Origin: Gemmatimonadota bacterium
GTDB taxonomy: Bacteria; Gemmatimonadota; Gemmatimonadetes; Gemmatimonadales; GWC2-71-9
Reading direction: 5' to 3'
DNA length: 64,000 nucleotides
Assembly (NCBI GenBank): GCA_016713435.1
Contig: JADJPD010000005.1
Coordinates: forward strand, 129,356-193,355
The notes under the pieces are model-generated. The model had not been told where the DNA came from and ran no database searches. It saw nothing but the letters and a program-made list of their open reading frames with translations. How positions within the stretch are numbered: the first letter of the stretch is position 1; the number at the start of each line of letters is the position of its first letter. The position numbers and the translations under genes are program-made. Positions 17,487-26,962 of the stretch are shown in pieces.

Positions 17487-19429
17487 GCGAGCTCCCGGCC
17501 TCGGACCTGCTGTTCCTCCGGCTCCAGGAGGCCGTGGCGGGCCGCTACGCGCTCGAGCGCGAACTGGGCCGCGGCGGCATGGGCATCGTGTACCTGGCGC
17601 GCGACGTGCACCTGGACCGGCTGGTGGCGCTCAAGCTGCTGCCCCCCGACCTGGCCGCGCGCCCGGACCTCCGCGAGCGCTTCCTGCGTGAGGCGCGAAC
17701 GGCCGCCCGGCTCTCCCATCCCAGCATCGTCCCGATCCACGCGGTGGAAGAGGCGGGCGACCTGGTCTGGTTCGTCATGGCCTACATCCCGGGCGAGAGC
17801 CTGGGGGCCCGGCTCCGCCGTCAGGGCGCGCTGCAGCCGGCCGAGGCGGCCCGGGTGCTGCGCGATGCGGCCTGGGCGCTGGCCCACGCCCACCAGCAGG
17901 GCGTGGTGCACCGGGACGTGAAGCCGGACAACATCCTGCTCGAGGCGGGCGGGCGGCGGGCGCTGCTCGCCGACTTCGGCATCGCCGCGCCGCTCGACGG
18001 CGAAGGCGGCGAGGGCGTGAGCGGCACCGTGGGGTACCTGAGCCCCGAGCAGGCCGCTGCCGAGCGGGTGGACGGCCGGAGCGACCTCTACGGACTCGGC
18101 GTGGTGGGCTATGTGGCGCTGGCCGGTCGCCTGCCCTATCTGGCGACGACGCTCGCCGAGCTCCGGGAGCGACAGTTCGCCGGGACGGCGCCCGCGCTGG
18201 CGTCCGTCGCGCCCCACGTGCCGCGGGCGCTGGCGCGGAGCATCGACCGCTGCCTGGCGCCATTGCCGGCCGCGCGATTCCAGAATGGCGAGGAGCTGGC
18301 GGGGGCGCTCGAGGAGCTCGGCCAGGGGCCGTCCGAGTTGCCGGCGCCGCTCCGCGTCTGGCTGACGCGCCACGTGCAGCAGCGCACCATCACCACCGTG
18401 CTGACGGCGATCTGGGGTATCCCGCTGGCGATGAGCAGCCTCTTCATGCTGGTGGCCGATCGCCCGCGGGAGGTGGGGGTGATGACGCTCATGATGGCCA
18501 CGGTGGTCAACCTGCCGTGGGTGGCGTACCTCTTCACGCGGGTGTTCCACACGCGCCGGGTGCTCCGCGCCGGCTACACGGGACAGGACCTGCTGCTGGC
18601 GCTTCGCACCAGCGCCGAGCGGCGGCGGGAGGAACGGGCCTTCGAGGCGGGCCGGCCGCCGACGGAGCTGGGGCGCCTGATGCGCCGGCTGACGCTCGGC
18701 GCCTTCGCGGGGGCGCTGGTGAGCACCGGCGCACTGCTCTGGCTGCCGAGCTGGCTGGTGCCGGCGGGCCTCGTGGAGCTGGTGTGGGTGGGCTGCATCG
18801 GGTTCACCGGCTTCGGGGTCCTCTTCGGCCGGGTGTTTCCCGGGCGGGAGATCCCCACGCGCGACTGGATGGCGGAGCTGCGGGTGCGCTTCTGGGAGGG
18901 GCCCCTGGGCCGGGCGCTCATGCGCGTCGCGGGCTGGCGGCTGGGGGCCACCACCGTGCCGGAGCAGGTGCTCCACCGCCCCACCGAGGTGGCGCTGGGC
19001 GAGGCCGCCGGTGCGCTCTTCAAGGCGCTCCCGGCGGCGCAGCGCCGGGACCTGGCGCGGCTCCCCGACGAGATCACCCGCCTCACCGCACAGGCGCAGG
19101 CCATGCGCCGCAAGCTCGACGAGCTGGACGACCTCATCGCCCAGGCCGCGCCCACCACGCTGTTCGACGGCGTCAAGCCCGCCGGCGATGGCGGGGCCGG
19201 CGCGCTGGCGGAGGCCCGCGCGCTCTGGGCGGAGCGGCTGCGGGAGACCGTGACGCTGCTCGAGTCCCTGCGGCTGGGCCTGCTCAAGCTGCACGCCGGC
19301 AGCGCCGTCCCGGACACGCTCACCGCCGACCTGGCCGCCGCGCGGGAGCTCCAGGAGCGGCTGGGCCTGCTCCTCGAGGGCGCCGCCGAGGCGGAGCGCG
19401 CCCTCGCCCCGCGGGGAACCCAGCCGTGA
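17483..19429 (+). CDS. Serine/threonine protein kinase with polytopic membrane region and C-terminal helical domain
   Basis: ORF 17303..19429(+) trimmed to a GTG at 17483 that overlaps the previous stop (GTGA). Motifs: ERELGRGGMGIVYLARD...ALKLL...VVHRDVKPDNILL...ADFGIA...GTVGYLSPEQ. About four hydrophobic helices follow, then a coiled-coil-like tail. Confidence 0.85.
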   Translation: MSELPASDLLFLRLQEAVAGRYALERELGRGGMGIVYLARDVHLDRLVALKLLPPDLAARPDLRERFLREARTAARLSHPSIVPIHAVEEAGDLVWFVMAYIPGESLGARLRRQGALQPAEAARVLRDAAWALAHAHQQGVVHRDVKPDNILLEAGGRRALLADFGIAAPLDGEGGEGVSGTVGYLSPEQAAAERVDGRSDLYGLGVVGYVALAGRLPYLATTLAELRERQFAGTAPALASVAPHVPRALARSIDRCLAPLPAARFQNGEELAGALEELGQGPSELPAPLRVWLTRHVQQRTITTVLTAIWGIPLAMSSLFMLVADRPREVGVMTLMMATVVNLPWVAYLFTRVFHTRRVLRAGYTGQDLLLALRTSAERRREERAFEAGRPPTELGRLMRRLTLGAFAGALVSTGALLWLPSWLVPAGLVELVWVGCIGFTGFGVLFGRVFPGREIPTRDWMAELRVRFWEGPLGRALMRVAGWRLGATTVPEQVLHRPTEVALGEAAGALFKALPAAQRRDLARLPDEITRLTAQAQAMRRKLDELDDLIAQAAPTTLFDGVKPAGDGGAGALAEARALWAERLRETVTLLESLRLGLLKLHAGSAVPDTLTADLAAARELQERLGLLLEGAAEAERALAPRGTQP

Positions 19430-20292
19430 GGGGCTTCCTGTGGCTGGCGCTGCTGCCGGGCGCGCTGGCGGCCCAGGTGGCCATCGAGACGGTGCCCGTC
19501 CGGCCGCTCCAGGGTTCGCTCTTTCGCATGCGGGTCACCGCCACCGCCCCGGCCCCCGTCTTCGAGCTCGACGGCAGCGTGGCGGGTCAGCGGCTGCACT
19601 TCCGCACCGATGATCGGGTCATCTGGGAGAGCCTGGCGGCGGTCCCGGTGGAAACCACCGACTCCCTCGACGTGACTTTGGTGCTGCGGGGTAACGCGCC
19701 GCCGGATACCGTGCACACCCGGATCGCCATCGGCGCCGGGGACTACCCGCACGAGACCCTGCGGGTGGCGCCCTCCATGGCGAAGCCGGATTCCGCGGCC
19801 CAGCGGCGGATTGCGCAGGAGCTGGCCCGGGCCCGCGCCGTGAGCCATGCCTCACACGACACGCCGAGGCAGTGGACCGGCCCCTTCCTCCGCCCCCGCC
19901 CGGGCCGCATCACGAGCCCCTTCGGCACCGCCCGGGAGTACAACGGCGAGGTGACGAGCCGTCACATGGGCACCGATTTCGCGGGGGCCATCGGCGCGCC
20001 CGTCTACGCCACCAACGCCGGCCGCGTGGCCCTCGTGGCGCGCTTCTACCTCTCCGGCAACGTGGTGTACCTCGACCATGGCGACGGGCTCGTCTCGGCG
20101 TACTTCCACCTGAGCCGGACGCTGGTGAAGGCGGGGGACGTGGTGAAGCCCGGGCAGCGGATCGGCAACGTCGGGGCGACGGGGCGCGTGACGGGCCCCC
20201 ACCTGCACTGGGTCATGCGGTATGGCACCGTGACCGTGGATCCGATGAGCGTGCTCGGGCTGCTCGGGGAGATGCCGGATTCCACGAAATGA
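19426..20292 (+). CDS. M23 family metallopeptidase (secreted)
   Basis: ORF 18517..20292(+) trimmed to a GTG at 19426 that overlaps the kinase stop. It starts with the signal peptide VRGFLWLALLPGALAAQ. Motifs: HMGTDFAG...YLDHGDGLVSAYFHLS...GATGRVTGPHLHW. Confidence 0.85.
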   Translation: MRGFLWLALLPGALAAQVAIETVPVRPLQGSLFRMRVTATAPAPVFELDGSVAGQRLHFRTDDRVIWESLAAVPVETTDSLDVTLVLRGNAPPDTVHTRIAIGAGDYPHETLRVAPSMAKPDSAAQRRIAQELARARAVSHASHDTPRQWTGPFLRPRPGRITSPFGTAREYNGEVTSRHMGTDFAGAIGAPVYATNAGRVALVARFYLSGNVVYLDHGDGLVSAYFHLSRTLVKAGDVVKPGQRIGNVGATGRVTGPHLHWVMRYGTVTVDPMSVLGLLGEMPDSTK

Positions 20293-20316
20293 AGGCGCCG
20301 CCCGGGGGCGGCGCCT
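20293..20316. terminator. GC hairpin between the convergent M23 peptidase and gatB genes
   Basis: AGGCGCCGCC-cggg-GGCGGCGCCT, read directly; no clear U-tract. Confidence 0.3.
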
Positions 20317-20350
20317 GGCGATCCGGACTCGCTGACCGCCGCTCCGGACC

Positions 20351-21769
20351 TTACCTGAGCTTCTCCTGCAGCATGGGGCCCACCTTCTTGGGGTCGGCCT
20401 TCCCGCCGCTCTTCTTCATCACCTGGCCCTGCAGGAAGCCGAGCAGTTTCGTTTCCCCGCCCTTGTAGCGCTCCACCTCCTTGGGGTTGGCCGCAAGCAC
20501 CTCGTCGATCCACTGGCCGAGGGCATCGCTGTCGCCCACCTGCACGAGGCCGAGGCGCTCGGCGACGCCGCGGGGATCGTCGCTCGAGGTGAGCATCTCG
20601 GGGAAGACCCGCTTGGCCGCCTGGTTGCTCACCACCCCATCCTTCACGAGCCCGATCAGCGCCGCCAAGCGGGAGGGGAGCACGGCGAAGCTCCCGGTCT
20701 CGTTGTAGCCGCGGATGGCGTCGTTGATGACCCAGTTGGACGCGGTCTTGGGCTCCACCCCCGCCGCCACCACCGACTCGAAGTAGTCGGCCACGTCCCG
20801 CTCGGCCGCGAGCACGCCGGCATCGTACGGCGGCAGGCCGAGCACGCCCATGAAGCGCTCGCGCTTGTCGTCGGGCAGCTCGGGGAGGGCGGCCTTCTGC
20901 TGCTCGATCCAGAGGCGCGTGAGCACCAGCGGCGGCAGGTCGGGGTCGGGGAAGTAGCGGTAGTCGTGGCTGTCCTCCTTGCTCCGCATCTGCCGCACCT
21001 CGCCGGTGCCGGCGTTGAAGAGCAGCGTCACCTGCTCCACCCGCCCGCCGGCCTCGACGATGGCGATCTGCCGGTCGCGCTCCACGACCAGCGCGCGCTC
21101 GACGTTGGCGAAGCTGTTCATGTTCTTCACCTCGGTCTTGGTGCCGAGCTTCGGGTCACCGGGACGGCGGATGGAGATGTTGGCGTCCACGCGGAGGGAG
21201 CCCTCCTCCATGTTGCAGTCGCTCACCTGGCAGTAGAGGAGCAGCTGCTTGAGCTTGGTGAGGTAGGCGCGTGCCTCACCCGGGCTCCGCATGTCCGGCT
21301 CGCTCACGATCTCGGCGAGCGGGGTGCAGGCGCGGTTCAGGTCCACGGCCGTCCTGCCCGGGAGCCGGTCGTGGAGCGACTTGCCCGCGTCCTCCTCCAC
21401 GTGCAGCCGCGTCACGCCGATGGTGATGTGGCCGCGTTCCGGCGACTCGATGCTGATCCCGCCCGCGGTGGCCAGCGGCTGGTCGAACTGCGAGATCTGG
21501 TAGCCCTTCGGCAGGTCCGGATAGAAGTAGTTCTTCCGGGCAAAGACGCTGGTCTCGTGCACGGTGCAGCCGAGGGCCAGCGCCGCGCGGGTGGCGAGGC
21601 GGATGGCCTGCTCGTTGGGCACCGGGAGCGCGCCGGGGAGGCCCAGGCACACCGGGCAGACGTTGGTGTTCGGCGCGTCGCCGAAGCGGGTGCTGCAGCC
21701 GCAGAACATCTTGGTGCGCGTCAGCAGCTGCACGTGCACCTCGAGCCCGATGACGGTTTCCCAGGTCAT
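20351..21769 (-). CDS. gatB: Asp/Glu-tRNA amidotransferase subunit B
   Basis: ORF 20351..22294(-) trimmed to [49 protein letters not shown]. The product is 472 aa and its start overlaps the gatA stop. Confidence 0.95.
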   Translation of the reverse strand: MTWETVIGLEVHVQLLTRTKMFCGCSTRFGDAPNTNVCPVCLGLPGALPVPNEQAIRLATRAALALGCTVHETSVFARKNYFYPDLPKGYQISQFDQPLATAGGISIESPERGHITIGVTRLHVEEDAGKSLHDRLPGRTAVDLNRACTPLAEIVSEPDMRSPGEARAYLTKLKQLLLYCQVSDCNMEEGSLRVDANISIRRPGDPKLGTKTEVKNMNSFANVERALVVERDRQIAIVEAGGRVEQVTLLFNAGTGEVRQMRSKEDSHDYRYFPDPDLPPLVLTRLWIEQQKAALPELPDDKRERFMGVLGLPPYDAGVLAAERDVADYFESVVAAGVEPKTASNWVINDAIRGYNETGSFAVLPSRLAALIGLVKDGVVSNQAAKRVFPEMLTSSDDPRGVAERLGLVQVGDSDALGQWIDEVLAANPKEVERYKGGETKLLGFLQGQVMKKSGGKADPKKVGPMLQEKLR

Positions 21770-23210
21770 CAGCGCACCTCCGTGGCGGCGTCGATGACCC
21801 GCTCGAGCGTCGCGGCCACCGACAGCATCCGCGGCTCGGCGTTGACCGGCGCCACCAGCTGCGCGCCGACCGGCAGTCCGCCGGAGAGCCCCACCGGCAG
21901 GCTCAGGGCCGGCACGGAGGCCAGGTTCATGGAGCAGGTGAAGACGTCGGCGAGGTACATCGCGACCGGGTCCTCGGTCTTCTCCCCCGCCTTGAAGGCG
22001 GGAGTCGGGGTGGTGGGCGTCAGGAGCAGGTCCACGCCCTGCTCGGTGAAGGCCCGCCGGAAGTCGTCGGCCAGGAGGGCGCGCACCTGCTGCGCCTTCC
22101 GGTAGTACGCGTCGTAGTAGCCCGAGGAGCGCACGTAGGTGCCGATCAGGATGCGGCGCCGCACCTCGGCGCCGAAGCCCTGGCCGCGGGTGGCGCGGTA
22201 GAGGGCGCGCACGTCCCCCTCCTTGCCCACCTTCCGCGCGCCGTAGCGGACGCCGTCGTAGCGCGCCAGGTTGGCGGCCGCCTCGGCGGGGCAATGATGT
22301 AGTAGCACGGCACCGCGAACCGGGCGTGCGGCATCCGCACCGGCTTCACGGTGCCGCCGAGCTTCCGGATGGCGTCGGCGGTGCGCTCGATGCCGGCGCG
22401 GACGCCGGGATCGAGGTCGGCCGGCATGTACTCGTCGGGGATGCCGAAGGTGAGGCCCTGCAGGTCCGGGCGCGGCGCCTCCAGCTCCATGGGCGGGAGC
22501 GGGGTGCTGGTGGCGTCGTTGGGGTCGTGGCCGCTGATGGCGGCGAGGACCCGCGCCGCGTCGTCCACCGTCTTCCCGAAGACGCTGACCTGGTCCAGCG
22601 ACGAGCCGAACGCGACCAGCCCGAAGCGGCTCACGCGGCCGTACGTCGGCTTCACGCCCACGATGCCGCAGAAACTCGCCGGCTGGCGGACCGAGCCCCC
22701 GGTCTCCGAGCCGAGCGCGGCGGGCACCACCCCCGCCGCCACGAGCGCCGCCGAGCCGCCCGAGGAGCCGCCGGGGACGCGGCTGTGGTCGAGCGGGAAC
22801 TTCACCCGCCCGAACGCCGAGTGCTCCGTGGAGGACCCCATGGCGAACTCGTCCATGTTGGTCTTGGACGCGATGAGGGCGCCCGCGGCCCGGAGCCGGG
22901 TGATCACCGTGGCATCATAGGGCGAGGTGTAGCCCTGCAGGATGCGCGAGCCGCAGGTGGTGGGCTCGTCGGTGGTGACGATGTTGTCCTTGATGGCCAC
23001 CGGCACGCCGGCGAGCGGCAGCATCTCCCGCTTCTTCTCGGGGATGCCATCCACCCGCGCCGCTTCCTTGTCCAGGACGGCCTGGTCGAAGTGGATGACG
23101 GCGTTCAACTCCCGGGCCGCGGTGATCCGGGCCCCGGTCTCCGTCGCCACGCTGGCCGCAGTGAGGCGTCCCCGCGCCACCGCCTCCGCAATGCGTGCCA
23201 CCTCGCTCAT
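21769..23210 (-). CDS. gatA: Asp/Glu-tRNA amidotransferase subunit A, interrupted by a 1-nt frame change near 22284-22291
   Basis: The N-terminus [11 protein letters not shown]...[10 protein letters not shown]...[10 protein letters not shown]...GGSSGGSAA...[10 protein letters not shown] is in ORF 22146..23210(-). The continuation [16 protein letters not shown]...ATEVR is in ORF 21769..22308(-). The span is 1442 nt, which is 481 codons minus 1 nt. Confidence 0.9.
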
Positions 23211-23506
23211 TCGGCCTCCATGGCGCCGAGCTTGGGCACCGTGAAGAGGCCATCGGTGAACTCCGGGGCGAACTCCTCTGGCGGCCGCGCGAGCGGCACC
23301 GAGCCGGGGTGGTCGGCCCGCAGCGGCACCGACGCCGGTCCGGCCAGGAAGGGAGGCGCCTGCTCGCCGGCCGGCACCTCGCGCAGCTGTTCCACGAACC
23401 CGACGATGTTCGCCATCTGCTCCACCAGCTTCGGCAGGTCTGCCTCCGCCACGTCGAGCTCCGCGAGCTTCGCCACCTTGAGGACGTCTTCCCGCCCGAT
23501 GCTCAT
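23207..23506 (-). CDS. gatC: Asp/Glu-tRNA amidotransferase subunit C
   Basis: The end of ORF 23207..24097(-) trimmed to MSIGREDVLKVAKLAELDVAEADLPKLVEQMANIVGFVEQL. The product is 99 aa and overlaps the uvrD stop and the gatA start. Confidence 0.85.
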   Translation of the reverse strand: MSIGREDVLKVAKLAELDVAEADLPKLVEQMANIVGFVEQLREVPAGEQAPPFLAGPASVPLRADHPGSVPLARPPEEFAPEFTDGLFTVPKLGAMEAE

Positions 23507-25815
23507 GCGCTCTCCCAGTCGCGTTCGAGCCCGGCGTAGGCCACCAAGAGCTGCTTCACGCCGTGCTCCTCGTCGTCGAACTTCACCGACACCTTGAGTT
23601 CCTTGCCCGAGCCCGTGAGGCCCTGGATGGTCCCGCTGCCAAAGCGGCGGTGGCGCACCCGCTCGCCCTTCACGTAGCGCGGGGCGTCCTGCGAGGCTTC
23701 CGCGGCTGCGGGTTCCTTCACGCCGCCCTTGGGCGGCTCGTACTCGTCGTCCAGCCAGTTGCGGCGGTAACCGCCCGCCGGGGCCGCGGGCGTGCCGAAG
23801 GCGCCGGGGCGGCGAGGGGCGGCCGCCGTCTTCCAGTCGGGCGCCCACATGCTTGAGGTCCGCTTTTCGTCGAGCCCCTCGCGCGGCAGCGCCTCGAGGA
23901 ACCGGGAGGGGCGGCCGGGCCGGAGCTCCCCGCCCCGCCGGCGCGCCCGCGCCCAGGTGAGGTAGAGCTTGTCCTTTGCGCGGGTGATCCCAACGTAGCA
24001 GAGCCGGCGCTCTTCTTCGAGCCCATCCGCCTGCTCCTCGGCCCGCGCCAATGGGAACAGGCCGTCCTCCATGCCCGTCAGGGCCACCACCGGCCACTCC
24101 AGGCCCTTGGCGGTGTGAAGGGTCATGAGGGTGACGCCATTGCCGGCGCCCTGGATGGAATCGTGGCTGGACAGGAGCGCCGCCTCCGCCAGGAATCGCT
24201 CCAGCGGGGTGCCGCTCTCCTCATCCGGCTCCACCACCTCGGACCATTCGGCCGCGCTCGCGATCAGTTCGCGCACGTTGTCCCAGCGGTCCGCCCCCTC
24301 GGGACCGTCGGCCATGAGGAACTGCTCATAGCCGGTGGCCTGGACGATCTGCTCCAGGATCTGCGCCGGCGGCCAGTGGCCGGAGCGCTCGGTGAGGTCG
24401 CCGAGCAGCGTGGCGAGCTTCCGGAGCGCCTCCCGCACGTTGGGCCGCAGTTCCGGCACCAGGTCGGCCGTGGCCGCCACCGAGAGGAGCGAGCGACCCC
24501 ACCGGCCGGCCGTCTCCTGCAGCGTGGCCAGGCTCGACTCGCCGAGCCCACGCCGGGGGACCTGGGCGGCGCGGAGGAATGCCTCGTCGTCGCTCGGGTT
24601 GGCCACCAGGCGGAGGTAGGCCAGCAGGTCCTTGACCTCGCGCCGGTCGTAGAAGCTGATGGCGCCGATGATCCGGTACGGCACCCCGGCACGCCGGAAC
24701 GCCTCTTCCATGGCGCGGGACTGGGAATTGGTGCGGTAGAGGACCGCCATCTGGTCCCAGCCCCAGTCGCCGTTGGCGCTCCGGGTGCGGAACTCCTTCA
24801 CCACCCACTCCGCCTCGTCCCGCTCGTCGGCCGCCGCCAGGACGGTGATGGCCTCCCCCCCGCCCCGCTTGGTGCGCAGCGTCTTCCCGATCCGCCCCTT
24901 GTTCTCGGCGATGACGGCGTTGGCCGCGTCGAGCACCACCCTGGTGGAGCGGTAGTTCTCCTCGAGGCGCACCACCTGGGTGCCGGGAAAGTCGTGCTGG
25001 AAGGTCTGCATGTTGCGCACGTCGGCGCCGCGCCAGCCGTAGATGGACTGGTCGTCATCGCCCACGGCACAGACGTTCTGGTGCCGGCTGCCGAGCTGCT
25101 TCACCAGCTGGTACTGCGCGGCGTTGGTGTCCTGGAACTCGTCGACCAGCAGGAACGCGAAGCGCTCCTGGTAGTACTGCAGCCGGTCGGGCCGCTCCCG
25201 GAAGAGCGTGAGCGGGTGCAGCATCAGGTCGTCGAAGTCCATGGCGTTCTGCGCCTTGAGCGCCGGGCCCATGACGCGGAACACGTCGGCCGCCACCTGC
25301 GCCAGCCGGTCGAAGGGGGAACCGGCGGCCATCTCGTCCGGGCCCGTCATCCGGTTCTTGGCCGAGGAGATGAGGCTCTGCACCATCTTGGGCGGGAAGA
25401 GCTTGGTGCTGTGCCCGCGCTGTTCCATCAGGCGCTTGATGAGGGAGAGACGGTCGTCCTCATCGTAGATGGTGAACTGGCGCGTGAAGCCGAGCGCCTC
25501 CGCCTCCCGGCGCAGCAGCCGCGCCGAGAGGGAGTGGAAGGTGCCGATCCAGAGGCCCGACGGGTCCTGGCCGAGGAGGCGGCCCACCCGGTCCTTCATT
25601 TCTCCCGCGGCCTTGTTGGTGAAGGTCACGGCGAAGATGCGGCTCGGCGGCACTCCCGCGGCGTCGATGAGCCGGGCGATGCGCATGGTGAGGACCCGGG
25701 TCTTCCCCGAGCCCGCGCCCGCCACCACCAGCAGCGGCCCCTGGACGTGCTCCACCGCCGCGCGCTGCGCGGGGTTCAGGCCCTCGAGGCCGATCAGGGG
25801 CGGGTTAGGCGACAT
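23503..25815 (-). CDS. uvrD: ATP-dependent DNA helicase, UvrD/PcrA family
   Basis: ORF 23503..25815(-): MSPNPPLIGLEGLNPAQRAAVEHVQGPLLVVAGAGSGKTRVLT...LLVDEFQDTN...TLHTAKGLEWPVV...CYVGITRAKDKLYL. Confidence 0.9.
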   Translation of the reverse strand: MSPNPPLIGLEGLNPAQRAAVEHVQGPLLVVAGAGSGKTRVLTMRIARLIDAAGVPPSRIFAVTFTNKAAGEMKDRVGRLLGQDPSGLWIGTFHSLSARLLRREAEALGFTRQFTIYDEDDRLSLIKRLMEQRGHSTKLFPPKMVQSLISSAKNRMTGPDEMAAGSPFDRLAQVAADVFRVMGPALKAQNAMDFDDLMLHPLTLFRERPDRLQYYQERFAFLLVDEFQDTNAAQYQLVKQLGSRHQNVCAVGDDDQSIYGWRGADVRNMQTFQHDFPGTQVVRLEENYRSTRVVLDAANAVIAENKGRIGKTLRTKRGGGEAITVLAAADERDEAEWVVKEFRTRSANGDWGWDQMAVLYRTNSQSRAMEEAFRRAGVPYRIIGAISFYDRREVKDLLAYLRLVANPSDDEAFLRAAQVPRRGLGESSLATLQETAGRWGRSLLSVAATADLVPELRPNVREALRKLATLLGDLTERSGHWPPAQILEQIVQATGYEQFLMADGPEGADRWDNVRELIASAAEWSEVVEPDEESGTPLERFLAEAALLSSHDSIQGAGNGVTLMTLHTAKGLEWPVVALTGMEDGLFPLARAEEQADGLEEERRLCYVGITRAKDKLYLTWARARRRGGELRPGRPSRFLEALPREGLDEKRTSSMWAPDWKTAAAPRRPGAFGTPAAPAGGYRRNWLDDEYEPPKGGVKEPAAAEASQDAPRYVKGERVRHRRFGSGTIQGLTGSGKELKVSVKFDDEEHGVKQLLVAYAGLERDWESA

Positions 25816-26962
25816 GGGTCGGGATCCGGATCAGGAATGTCGCACCGGGATCGGAACTTTCCAGCATCAATTCCCCGCCGTGGGAGTCCACGACGACGCG
25901 CTTCGCCAGCGCGAGGCCGATGCCCCACCCGCTCGACTTCGTGGTCATGCCGGCGTCGAAGATGAGCCGGCGGATGTCGCCCGGGACGCCCGGGCCGTCG
26001 TCAATGACGCGGATGGCCGTCGCGTCCTCCTCGGCGGCCACCTGGAGCGTGATGGTGCCTTCCCGCCCCTGCAGCGCGTCGATGGCGTTCTTCACCAGGG
26101 ACTCGAGCGCCCACTCGAGCAGGATCGGGTCCCCCAGGACCACTGGGCCGTGCGGCGGGGCGTCCACCCGGATCTCGATCCGGTTGACGCGGGTCGGAAG
26201 CCGGGGACGGAAGTAGACGGCCATCTTCCGGGCCAGGTCCCCCACGTCGATGGGCTCGCGCCGGATGGCGTGGCCGATCCGCTCGAACCGCTGCGCCACC
26301 CGCTCCAGCCGCTCCGCGTCCGCCGCCAGGTGGTCGGCCAGGTGGGGGGGCGGCGTGGCCCGGCTCCGGAGCTGCTCGATCCAGCCCTGCAGGCTCATGA
26401 GCGGCGTCCCCATCTGGTGCGCCGCCTCGCGCGCCATGGCCACCCACAGCCGGTCCCGCTGCGCGGCCATGGCACTCCGCCAGGCCATCACGCCCACCAG
26501 CAGGATGGTCACCAGGGTGAGCGCCTGCAGCACCGTGAGCAGCGTCAGCTGCCGCGCCGTGGGCACCGGGCCGTAGTGGAGCGTGCCGAGCGCGGGTTCC
26601 GTGATCGGCGGGTTCTCCCGGTCCAGGGCGCCGGCGTACTCGAGGATCCGGGGATCGTCGAGCGCCGCCTCGAACGGGAGGTTGGCCGCCGCCGTCACCT
26701 TCCCCGCCGTGTCGGTGACGACGAGCGGGATGCCCGCCCGCCGCACCTGCTCCCCCAGCCGCAGCAGCGCTTCCGCCTCGGCTCCCTCGCGGGGGTCGTT
26801 GAGGCCGGCAAAGACGCCGGCGTACAGGCGGCTCATCGAGAGGGCGTCGCTGCGGAAGTGCTGCACCACAATCCAGCCGGAGCCCGCGGACAGTCCCGCG
26901 AGCAGGACCACGAGGACCACGACCAGCGCCGGCCCGAGCCGGCGCAGGTCGGGCTTACGCAC
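25805..26962 (-). CDS. Sensor histidine kinase (two transmembrane helices, extracytoplasmic domain, HisKA and HATPase_c)
   Basis: ORF 25805..27088(-) trimmed to a GTG at 26960-26962 that overlaps the serS stop: VRKPDLRRLGPALVVVLVVLLAG...REAAHQMGTPLMSLQGW...NAIDAL...VIDDGPGVP...GWGIGLALAKRVV. Confidence 0.8.
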   Translation of the reverse strand: MRKPDLRRLGPALVVVLVVLLAGLSAGSGWIVVQHFRSDALSMSRLYAGVFAGLNDPREGAEAEALLRLGEQVRRAGIPLVVTDTAGKVTAAANLPFEAALDDPRILEYAGALDRENPPITEPALGTLHYGPVPTARQLTLLTVLQALTLVTILLVGVMAWRSAMAAQRDRLWVAMAREAAHQMGTPLMSLQGWIEQLRSRATPPPHLADHLAADAERLERVAQRFERIGHAIRREPIDVGDLARKMAVYFRPRLPTRVNRIEIRVDAPPHGPVVLGDPILLEWALESLVKNAIDALQGREGTITLQVAAEEDATAIRVIDDGPGVPGDIRRLIFDAGMTTKSSGWGIGLALAKRVVVDSHGGELMLESSDPGATFLIRIPTHVA

